In this document: positions 22,152 through 30,680 of the stretch, one piece after another
Layout of the letters: each line of letters begins with the position of its first letter
Numbering within the stretch: the first letter of the stretch is position 1
From: an uncultured Fibrobacterota bacterium
GTDB lineage: Bacteria; Fibrobacterota; Chitinivibrionia; Chitinivibrionales; FEN-1185
Direction of reading: 5' to 3'
DNA length: 64,000 nt
Assembly (NCBI GenBank): GCA_963753345.1
Contig: CAVWBU010000049.1
Coordinates: forward strand, 32,001 to 96,000
Made by a program: the position numbers and the translations under genes
The notes under the pieces: model-generated
Seen by the model: the letters and a program-made list of their open reading frames with translations, nothing else
The model's database searches: none
What the model was told of the DNA's origin: nothing

Positions 22152-23096
22152 ATGAAAGAAAGGAAGAAGATGAACAAAAAGGAACGTCTAGCGGAAAAGG
22201 AATTGTTTTCGACCGCTTTGACTGCTTTCGTTAGAGGACTTGGCGGGTATGTCTCTGCAGAAGATGGACAGTGGACGGTGAAGGGATTCATCGACATCTT
22301 TAAAAACATCTATACAATCAGCTCCGACACGAAAATCATCTCCAAAATACTTGAGATACACCTCTTTCCAAAGATTCTTCAGTTCGCCCAAGACAACGGA
22401 TATTCAATCGTCTTGGCTGAGCACCAGAACTGGTATCCTGACCTGAGCTTTGTGAAGCAGAGCAATCAAGCCGTAAAGTTTGCAGTTGACCTTAAGACCA
22501 CCTACCGCGATCTAGACTTTCCTGGTCACGTAAACGGGTTCACGCTCGGCAGTCACGGTGCGTACTTCAAGGAGCGGACATCTACTAAGAATATCCAATT
22601 TCCATATGCTGAGTATTTTGGTCATTTTTGTTTGGGAATCATCTATACTAGAACCGACGCAAAGGATTTCAACGAGACAGAAGTGGTTCGCGTCAAGGAA
22701 CTGGACGACGGCACAACGAGGGAATCGACTTCCCGTTACCGTGTTACTTCCGTCGACAACCTTCGGTCAATTGCTTCCGTGGTTCGTGACTTCCAGTTTT
22801 TTGTTTGCGAGAAATGGCGTCTTGCGAGCGACAAACAAGGTTCAGGCAACACAGCAAACATCGGGTCGATCACTTGTATTGAAGACATATTGGCCGGAAA
22901 CGGCGTCTTTGCGAGACTTGGAGAGGAGTGGTTCGACGAGTACTGGATGAATTATGGCCTCACCACGCGCATGAAAAAAGGCAAGGCCACTCCTATCAGG
23001 TCAATTAAAGACTTTCTGGATTTCAAACGTGGCGACAAAAGGAGAATCGTACGCATGAATACGAAGAAGAAGGTTAAGACGGACAAACAAGAATGA
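22152..23096 (+). CDS. Type II restriction endonuclease, EcoRV-like
   Basis: SDTKIISKILE, YPD...DLKTTY (PD-D/ExK), FTLGSHGAYF, GSGNTANIGSI; start could be 22170. Confidence 0.85.
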   Translation: MKERKKMNKKERLAEKELFSTALTAFVRGLGGYVSAEDGQWTVKGFIDIFKNIYTISSDTKIISKILEIHLFPKILQFAQDNGYSIVLAEHQNWYPDLSFVKQSNQAVKFAVDLKTTYRDLDFPGHVNGFTLGSHGAYFKERTSTKNIQFPYAEYFGHFCLGIIYTRTDAKDFNETEVVRVKELDDGTTRESTSRYRVTSVDNLRSIASVVRDFQFFVCEKWRLASDKQGSGNTANIGSITCIEDILAGNGVFARLGEEWFDEYWMNYGLTTRMKKGKATPIRSIKDFLDFKRGDKRRIVRMNTKKKVKTDKQE

Positions 23097-24064
23097 GAGT
23101 GATCATCCCACCGATCAAGAGCCAAGGAATTAAGACCAAATTAGTACCGTGGATTCTAGCGCTTGTTCCGAAAGTAAAGGGCCGTTGGATTGAGCCATTT
23201 TTAGGCACCGGTGTTGTTGCATTTAATTCAGGATTTCCCAAGGCAGTCTTGGCGGACATCAACCCCCACATCATTACGTTTTACCAAGCAATAAGAGAGG
23301 GAAGCATTACGCCAGCATCCGTAAGACTGTTTCTCGAAACCGAGGGCGATCTTCTATCCAAGGCAGATGATTCTGGATATGCGCATTTTAGAGCCATAAA
23401 AGATCGGTTCAACCGCAATTTTGACCCTCTCGACTTTCTCTTTCTCTCACGTGCAGGCTTCAACGGCATGATGCGCTTTAACAGGAAGGGAGAATGGAAC
23501 ATCCCATTTTGCAAGAAGCCGGAACGGTTTGCGCGAGCGTACATCACTAAAATAGTAAACCAAGTCCATGACATTGTTCGTGTGATAACCCCAGATTGGT
23601 CTTTCAAGGTAGCCTCTTTTGAGGAGACTATTAACCAAGCGACAAAAGATGACATTATTTATTGCGATCCTCCATATATAGGGAGATATGTTGACTACTA
23701 TAGTGGCTGGACAGAAGAGAACGAACGCAAGTTATACGATCTACTGTTATCCACACCTGCTCAGTTTATTTTGTCAACCTGGCACCATAACGACTACCGT
23801 GCAAATGAGTTTATTACGGAACTATGGGGCAACTTCAGTGTAGTGACGCGTGATCACTTCTATCATTCAGGGGGAAAACTAGAGAATCGCAGATCGGTTG
23901 TTGAAGCACTAATCTACAACTTTTCATCGAATTTACAAAAACACAACCACGGGATAGAACCAAAGGCTGAGCAGTTGGTATTGTTTGAGAAGAAGGCCAA
24001 GTACAAAACCCACCAATTAAGTCGAGTTCACAGCGGCACGGGTGCCTCGTCCAAAGGTATTTAA
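23093..24064 (+). CDS. Dam-family N6-adenine DNA methyltransferase, cognate to the nuclease
   Basis: EPFLGTG motif I, DPPY motif IV; ATGA overlap with the upstream gene. Confidence 0.92.
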   Translation: MRVIIPPIKSQGIKTKLVPWILALVPKVKGRWIEPFLGTGVVAFNSGFPKAVLADINPHIITFYQAIREGSITPASVRLFLETEGDLLSKADDSGYAHFRAIKDRFNRNFDPLDFLFLSRAGFNGMMRFNRKGEWNIPFCKKPERFARAYITKIVNQVHDIVRVITPDWSFKVASFEETINQATKDDIIYCDPPYIGRYVDYYSGWTEENERKLYDLLLSTPAQFILSTWHHNDYRANEFITELWGNFSVVTRDHFYHSGGKLENRRSVVEALIYNFSSNLQKHNHGIEPKAEQLVLFEKKAKYKTHQLSRVHSGTGASSKGI

Positions 24065-24094
24065 GTATAGCCTGTAAACTAAGGATCAAGATGT

Positions 24095-24250
24095 ATGAAG
24101 AACAAAACAACCTACACAAATGAACCAATCGGAAAAATTGAAATTGTCAAGGACTTTCTGCCGTCTCCTGAACGTCTGGTCCATCGGAAAAAGAAAATCA
24201 GGGTCACTGGTAAGTCAAAAAGAACGAGTTCGTATTTTGGTAGGATATAA
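24095..24250 (+). pseudogene. Truncated CopG/BrnA-like antitoxin remnant (51 codons)
   Basis: MKNKTTYTNEPIGKIEIVKDFLPSPERLV resembles the N-terminus of that family, then diverges and stops. Confidence 0.45.
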
Positions 24251-24314
24251 GTTCACTGGAAGGAAAATTTTGGTCGCGATTCGCAAGCTTAATTTCCAAT
24301 ATACACAAACAATT

Positions 24315-24380
24315 CTTCTCATCTGACAACGCACCCCGTCCTCACCATCCCGCAGCTTTTCAATCAAACGAAATCCCGAA
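24315..24380 (-). repeat. Degenerate copy of the 3' end of the gene at 26578 (direct repeat of 26574-26638)
   Basis: 54 of 66 aligned positions identical by hand count; encodes ...RTGCVVR* in both. Confidence 0.8.
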
Positions 24381-24494
24381 GTCCCTGCAACGATCTACCG
24401 TTAGTACCCGACAAAACCGAAAAAAGTCTTGCAATATAGTACGAAATAGTGTATAATAATTAGTACACAATAACGTACTTCTTAAGGAGTTCAT

Positions 24495-24779
24495 ATGACA
24501 AAAGGAATTATGTTTGCTGAAGATGTGCATCCTGTTTCGGAATTCAGGTCCAAAGCGGCTGGATTCATTACACAGGTTCATAACACTAAAAGACCTTTGG
24601 TAATAACTCAAAATGGCAAGAGTGCGGCCGTTTTGCTTGATGTCACTATATATGATTCAATGGTAGAAAAATTGGAGTTGCTTCAGGATGTTGAACTTGG
24701 CTTAAAACAAATCGATGAAGGGAAGGGGATTACTCATTCGGAAGCCCATAAAACCATCAGGTCAAAATATACAAAATGA
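24495..24779 (+). CDS. Phd/YefM-family antitoxin
   Basis: PVSEFRSK, PLVITQNGKSAAVLL. Confidence 0.9.
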   Translation: MTKGIMFAEDVHPVSEFRSKAAGFITQVHNTKRPLVITQNGKSAAVLLDVTIYDSMVEKLELLQDVELGLKQIDEGKGITHSEAHKTIRSKYTK

Positions 24780-25072
24780 AGATTTCCTGGTCTCCTTTAG
24801 CGCTTCAACGTATTAAAGAAATAGCTGATTATATTGCTCTAGACAGCAAGAAAGCAGCATTAAAATGGGTCGATACAATATTCGGGAAAGTTGAAATATT
24901 GGAAACAGAGCCGCACATTGGAAGGAAGGTTCCCGAGCTAAACCTGCCAGACATACGAGAACTTATCTTCGGAAATCATAGGGTAATTTACAGAGTATTG
25001 AAAAATCAAATTGCCATATTGACTGTAAGACATTTTAAGCAAATCCTCCCAACAGAAGAAATCGGGTTCTAA
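24776..25072 (+). CDS. RelE/ParE-family toxin
   Basis: WSPLA..IADYIA, PHIGRKVPE, RVIYRV; overlaps the antitoxin. Confidence 0.9.
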   Translation: MKISWSPLALQRIKEIADYIALDSKKAALKWVDTIFGKVEILETEPHIGRKVPELNLPDIRELIFGNHRVIYRVLKNQIAILTVRHFKQILPTEEIGF

Positions 25073-25222
25073 CGCGCTAAATCATGACCTTCCGCATTTG
25101 CAAACACCCTGGGCTCGTAGGCGGTTGGTTCTTCAAGAAAGATTTGTGGTTTGCGGAGAGTAAATGCGGTCGTAGTCCGCATATTTACGCCACGTTGGTT
25201 GCAATTTAATACATGCAACAAT

Positions 25223-26272
25223 CTACCGCCGCACCACAATCCTGTCTTTTGTCTGCCATAACGTCCCGCGCACATTGACAAAATAAACTCCTGGCGCCAG
25301 CGCGCCCGTCGGTACGGTCGCGGTCCGGCCGAAGCCTTCCCTGAGAAGCACCGTTTTGCCGTTGACCGCCGCAATTTCCACCATAAAGGCCTGCTCTGCC
25401 GGAAAGTCAAGGGCAATCCGTGAGCCGAGAATGGTGATTGCGGCCCCAGGCGCGGTGCGGTGCACACGTGCCGTCACCGAACTGATGGAAGAGTCCCAAT
25501 GGAATACCCGGACATAGTCGACCAGAAGGCTTTCCGGAAAAACGGTGGTGCTGTCGATGTTGCCGTCGAAATTGCCGCCTACGGCAAGATTCAGGATAAT
25601 AAAGCAGGGCTTGTCCCAGGGGAAATTCGGGTGAGCGCTCCTGTAGAGGGTCGCCATTTTCGCACTGTCGCACCACCAGCTCATTGAGTCGGCAAACCAC
25701 TCGTAGGCGAAAACATGAAAGGACTGGTGGAAATCGGGCCCCGGCGGCTCCATATACCAACTGGTGGTGTCGTATCCGGAGAAATGATACGATCCGGTGG
25801 TCCAGTTTGGCAACCTGCCTCTTTCTTCCATGATATCGACTTCACCGCATGCCGGCCATCCGACCGAATTGATATTTGCGCCGAGCATCCAGAACGCGGG
25901 CCACATTCCCTTGGTTACGGGCAGCCGCATGCGCGCCTCCATGCGGCCGTAGGTGAAGTTTTTAAGATTGCCCACGATTTTTCCCGACGTGATTTCCGTT
26001 GTCCTTCGCGCCTCGATGATCAGAGTGCCTTTCGTAACAAAAATATTGGATCCCGCTATATCGTGACCCGCGGTATAGCGCTGCTGTTCGCCGTTGACCG
26101 CTCCGGGATTTGCCGTCTGAACAGTCCAATTCTGTTCACTGAGCGCCGTGGAATCAAACTCGTCGGACCAGAACAGCTTCCACCCGCCGGCCATGGCGTT
26201 TGTCAGAATTACCGCCACCAAAAAGCAAGTCGTGCGCAATGATGCAGTCCTCAACGATGCCGGAAAAATCAT
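25223..26272 (-). CDS. GH16 beta-glucanase, paralog of 9982-11022
   Basis: EVDIME motif; near-identical N-terminus and LNLAVGGNFDGNID segment. Confidence 0.93.
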   Translation of the reverse strand: MIFPASLRTASLRTTCFLVAVILTNAMAGGWKLFWSDEFDSTALSEQNWTVQTANPGAVNGEQQRYTAGHDIAGSNIFVTKGTLIIEARRTTEITSGKIVGNLKNFTYGRMEARMRLPVTKGMWPAFWMLGANINSVGWPACGEVDIMEERGRLPNWTTGSYHFSGYDTTSWYMEPPGPDFHQSFHVFAYEWFADSMSWWCDSAKMATLYRSAHPNFPWDKPCFIILNLAVGGNFDGNIDSTTVFPESLLVDYVRVFHWDSSISSVTARVHRTAPGAAITILGSRIALDFPAEQAFMVEIAAVNGKTVLLREGFGRTATVPTGALAPGVYFVNVRGTLWQTKDRIVVRR

Positions 26273-26577
26273 TTCAACCGCCTTTCCTACCTCATCTAAG
26301 AAGTTAACCGCTTGAATCCCCGATCAAAATTATATGCCATAATTATAAGGTTAATCGCCCTTCTTTGCCCGGACAATCTTGCTGCGGCCATGCATTTTTA
26401 TCGAAAGCGCTCCTCTCCATCACTGTCGGAACATCATGGGAAACTCAATCAATTGTCGCACAGGTGCCCGGTCCAAAGATGTTTAACCCTTGGGCAGCCC
26501 GTGTGTCACGATCATCACTTCGACTTTGCTCGGTGCAGGCCTTGATCGTTTTTCGCAATCAATAGAGTCAATCCTTC

Positions 26578-27801
26578 TCATCTGACAACACATCCAGTCC
26601 TCATCTTCCCGCCGTTTCCAATCACGCGGAATCCAGAATTCATCCCAACCACCTGCCTTCCCAACAGATCGTAAATAGGAGCTGGGGCTCTGGTTCGTGG
26701 GATCATGGGAGAACGTCCCGGGTTCGATGGTTCCTTTACTGACAAGTCCATGCACGATTCCGTCATCGGATACCCCGCGAATGCATCCAGCGCAGGCTGC
26801 GTCACCGTGACGCCCAGTTCGGTCCACGCTTGTTCAATGAGGCTGCTGTTCAACGCAGTCGTATAGTCGACAAATTCTTTGGTAACATCAGCGGAATCCG
26901 TAGTATTGACTTCAAGGACTTTTATCGGGGTCTGGCATGACATGGAAAATGAGGCAAGGTTGAAATAGCAGATTTTCCGGTTGGTGTGGGTCCGGAACAA
27001 AACATACAGGTTCTTTGGGTCGAATTCGATATTGTATTTCGTCGACCCCTGTGCCACGCTGTCAAGGATCGCAAACCCGTAGGTCCCGATACTCCAGGAT
27101 GTGTCGTATGCATTGACCATGGTTGCGGCCCGGCAAAACCTGTCGAGCGAATTGACGCTGCCCTTTACATACGATCCAGCCCTGAGATATGCCAGCGAAT
27201 TATCGTAGGTGTCGTTGGTGATGGCCGCATACGGCAGGTCCGCGCCGGTATGATACGCCAGATACGAATTGTTGTTGCCGTCATTCAGGAAATCGAGCAC
27301 CGCGGAGGCGCCGGAGCGGTCGGAGACAAAAAAATGCACCCGCGAAAAATTGCTCGAGGGCTCCCGGATCCGTATAACGGCGTTGCTGGCTATCACCTGA
27401 GAAACCGTGCTGTAATTGTCGAGCTGATATTGGACCCATTGGTCCATCGACACCGACGGCCGGCTGTCGGGCGCAGGGAAGAAGCCTTCGCTAAGGTACA
27501 GCTGGTGCACCACGAGTCCCGCTTCGTTCATCCCCACAAAGCCGTTTTCGCAGCCGTACTGGGCAAAGGTCACGCTGCCGTATTTCGAGGTCCATGCGGC
27601 CGGGTTGTCGACCGGATCGCCGTAGTAGGTGAATGCCGTTTTGGAAACGTTCCGTTTATTGACAAATGCAAGACAGCGGTCGAACGACCAGTCGTAGTCT
27701 CTTCCGACCAGCGGCTGGTCGCCTTTGCGCAGGCAGAAGGCAGAGCAGCAGAAACTTTCGGTGACTGCCGCAAACACCACCATCATTGTTATAATTGGCA
27801 T
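26578..27801 (-). CDS. Secreted linear amide C-N (Ntn/choloylglycine hydrolase-like) hydrolase
   Basis: CS nucleophile right after the signal peptide, GRDYDW, GMNEAGL, ITN; start approximate. Confidence 0.85.
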   Translation of the reverse strand: MPIITMMVVFAAVTESFCCSAFCLRKGDQPLVGRDYDWSFDRCLAFVNKRNVSKTAFTYYGDPVDNPAAWTSKYGSVTFAQYGCENGFVGMNEAGLVVHQLYLSEGFFPAPDSRPSVSMDQWVQYQLDNYSTVSQVIASNAVIRIREPSSNFSRVHFFVSDRSGASAVLDFLNDGNNNSYLAYHTGADLPYAAITNDTYDNSLAYLRAGSYVKGSVNSLDRFCRAATMVNAYDTSWSIGTYGFAILDSVAQGSTKYNIEFDPKNLYVLFRTHTNRKICYFNLASFSMSCQTPIKVLEVNTTDSADVTKEFVDYTTALNSSLIEQAWTELGVTVTQPALDAFAGYPMTESCMDLSVKEPSNPGRSPMIPRTRAPAPIYDLLGRQVVGMNSGFRVIGNGGKMRTGCVVR

Positions 27802-28089
27802 GTTTTTTATATGCAGGTGAGGCTCCTTTTTCAGCCACCGGCTATAAGGGAGAATATAGCCGATCTCGCGCGTTTTCGCCAGATTTGCCGATGGAGGTTT
27901 TTTCTCCTTAAAGTCGCTCATCTTCAAGCCCACCGTTCACTCAATTAGTCCAATAATTAACAAATAAACCTCCTGCAAAAATTCCCCAAATACGCTATGT
28001 TAATATAATAGGAAAGACGTTTGGTGATTGCCGAGGCTCATATTTGACTTATTTTCGACCAAAAGGACCTTTCTTCCAAGGAGGCGGTC

Positions 28090-29565
28090 ATGCGCTCCAC
28101 GATCATCCGTCCCTTCCTCATGCTGTCATGTCTCTTGAGCATTTTCCCCCTTACAGGTTCCGGCGCCACAATGACCATCGGGCCCAACAAGGAAGTCCTG
28201 CTCAATGGTTCGCCTTTTTTCCCCATCCTCACGTGGCTGCAGAACGCCTCGCTCATCGCGACGGAAAAAACTTACGGCATCAACACGTTCGTGGGGCAGG
28301 GTGACAACTCGACCGCGCTTGACTACTGCAACACGGCCCAGGCGCAGGGCGTGTACGCCGTGCCGTCGTGGGACTCGGGCGAGGCGGCGTCGGTGAAGAC
28401 GCACCCGGCAATGCTCGGCTGGGTGTTCGGCGACGAGCCGGACCTGCAGGGAAATGATGTAACGCCCTCTGCGATCCGGACGCAGTACAACGCCATCAAG
28501 GCGGCAGACCCCAATCACATCACCTTTCTCACCATCACGTCGGGGTTTTACAGCGGCGACGCCCTGCCGGCCTGGATGAATGGCAGCGACTCCATGTATT
28601 ACAGCTACCCCAAGTACACCGATCTCATCGGGTTCGACTATTACCCGGTGTACGGCTGGTGCAGGCCCGACTGGATCTACAAGGTGCCGGGCAGCCAGGA
28701 CGAGCTTGTCAACAAGTACTGCGCGGGAACAAAGAGCACCTACCAGTGGATCGAGTGCGTCAAGACGTCGGGCCAATGGTGCTCGATCCCTTCGCGGGGC
28801 ACGAACGACGGGCCGTACCCGAACGAAATCACCGACGAGGTCTGGCTCGCCATCATCAAGGGTGCGAACGCCATCGGCTACTTCACCCATTCGTGGAAAT
28901 GTCCGGGCTATTCCCAGTGCTGCCTTTCCGATTCGCAGATAGCAATGCTCAAGAAGGTGAATGGCCGCATCACGGCGCTCACCGGGGCGCTCTGCGGGCC
29001 CGATTCCAAGATCGCAGTGACGGTGCAGTCGAACGACACAAAGGGAGAAATCGAGTTCCGCGCAAAGGAATACAACGGCAGCCTGTATATAATTGCGGCC
29101 CAGGTGATCAACCTGAGCGGCAGCAAGGACACGCAGCAGGCCACAATAACAGTGTCCGGCCTTCAGGGGAACGTCACGGTCTACGATGAGAACCGCACCA
29201 TTACTCCGTCAAGCACCTCGTTTACCGACAGGTTCATCGCCACGGATCCAGCCCACATATACATGATGAAGTCGTCCCTGCTTGCGGTGAGGGGCGCCGA
29301 AGGGACTCCGCCGCTTTTCTTGTCGCATGCGACCTGCATGGGCCATGGTCCGCTCGTGACCTTTAGGCTCCCGGAGATCGCGCAAAGCATTATAAGGATT
29401 TATTCGTGCTCGGGCACGTTGCTCCGCACGCTTGCAGGAACAAGCAGGACGCCAACCTGGAATTGCGCTGATGAATCGGGGAAACAGCTTGCCCGCGGAG
29501 TGTACTATGCCGCAATTTCGGGCGGGCCAGGCACGTCCGTGCTTCCGGTATTATTGCAGTATTGA
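28090..29565 (+). CDS. Secreted putative glycoside-hydrolase-like protein with FlgD-Ig-like C-terminus
   Basis: Signal peptide, DEPD and FDYYP motifs, IYSCSGTLLRTL...WNCADESGKQLARGVY. Confidence 0.65.
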   Translation: MRSTIIRPFLMLSCLLSIFPLTGSGATMTIGPNKEVLLNGSPFFPILTWLQNASLIATEKTYGINTFVGQGDNSTALDYCNTAQAQGVYAVPSWDSGEAASVKTHPAMLGWVFGDEPDLQGNDVTPSAIRTQYNAIKAADPNHITFLTITSGFYSGDALPAWMNGSDSMYYSYPKYTDLIGFDYYPVYGWCRPDWIYKVPGSQDELVNKYCAGTKSTYQWIECVKTSGQWCSIPSRGTNDGPYPNEITDEVWLAIIKGANAIGYFTHSWKCPGYSQCCLSDSQIAMLKKVNGRITALTGALCGPDSKIAVTVQSNDTKGEIEFRAKEYNGSLYIIAAQVINLSGSKDTQQATITVSGLQGNVTVYDENRTITPSSTSFTDRFIATDPAHIYMMKSSLLAVRGAEGTPPLFLSHATCMGHGPLVTFRLPEIAQSIIRIYSCSGTLLRTLAGTSRTPTWNCADESGKQLARGVYYAAISGGPGTSVLPVLLQY

Positions 29566-29592
29566 AACGATAGGAAAGGAAGAAGGCTCGCC

Positions 29593-30645
29593 TTACATTC
29601 CGACCGCGCTGCGCGCAAGTCGGTAGCGGTCGGGATAGGTCTTCTTGAACTCCCGCAGTTTTCCCGCCTTTTTCCATAACGCAAGCTCCGCAACCGCGAT
29701 GCGCGGCTCCGCCTTGAGCGCATCGTCTTCGCCGGCCTTCTTGAACAGGTCGAAGGCGTCCGGCGAGGGAACCGACACGCGCGGCAGCACGAGCGTCACG
29801 AGCTTTTTCTGCTGCCAGTATTTTTTGCACACTTCCACGAGGAAGGCGTCCCTGTTCCTGCCCACAAACGCGCTCAAGGGCAAAACGAGGCTCCGGTCGT
29901 ACGCGGCAAGCCGCTCCGCGTCCGATTTTTGCTGGCCGCAGGCGCCGGCCTCGGTGATTGCGGTCGCGGGTATCTCGCGGATGGCCGCAAGCGCGGTCTC
30001 GAGCGCGGCTTTCGATTTGCCCTGCGATTTCGCTTTTGTCAAAAAGAACGCGGCGTATTCGCGGTAGATTCTGCACGCGGGTTCGTCGAGCCCCTCCTTG
30101 ATCCCGCTCCGCTCGGCAAACTTGCGCACAATGCCGAGCCCCTTGTCTGCGTCGCAACCGTTTCTCGCGGCCGTGGCGCAGTCGCCTGCTATCCGGGAAA
30201 GCCAGTCCTTCCTGAGCGAGTCCGGGCAGACAAGCTTTTCCGCGAGAAGCCGCGCCTTTGCCGTGTAGTACCGCATGCGGTCGGCGGCGCACAGCAGGTC
30301 GGCCCCGGCATTCAGGTCGTCGAGCGACTTGTACAGCCGGTCGTCCTTTTTTGCCGCGTACACGCACAGCCGCGAAAGGTCGGAGCACACGTAAATGTCG
30401 TTGAAAATGCCGTTTTCAAGGGGGCAGATGTCGCGCGCCATGGCGGCAATGTCGGCGGCGAACGGTTCGCTTTTGTCAAACTGGTCGTTGACGCGGCGCA
30501 GCCATTTTTCGGTGACGGGCACGACCCGCGCGATCATGGCCGATTCCTGCGCCTTGGTGGAGACGAGCTTTGCCTCGGCCGTGCCGATAAAGGAAACCAC
30601 GGCGGCCATGGCAACGGCGAACGTAAATGTATTCCTTGCAGTCAT
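29593..30645 (-). CDS. Hypothetical secreted helical protein
   Basis: AAGGAG RBS, signal peptide, 350-aa ORF. Confidence 0.7.
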   Translation of the reverse strand: MTARNTFTFAVAMAAVVSFIGTAEAKLVSTKAQESAMIARVVPVTEKWLRRVNDQFDKSEPFAADIAAMARDICPLENGIFNDIYVCSDLSRLCVYAAKKDDRLYKSLDDLNAGADLLCAADRMRYYTAKARLLAEKLVCPDSLRKDWLSRIAGDCATAARNGCDADKGLGIVRKFAERSGIKEGLDEPACRIYREYAAFFLTKAKSQGKSKAALETALAAIREIPATAITEAGACGQQKSDAERLAAYDRSLVLPLSAFVGRNRDAFLVEVCKKYWQQKKLVTLVLPRVSVPSPDAFDLFKKAGEDDALKAEPRIAVAELALWKKAGKLREFKKTYPDRYRLARSAVGM

Positions 30646-30680
30646 GGCACAGCTCCTTCCCCAGCATGCCGGCCCTTGTA

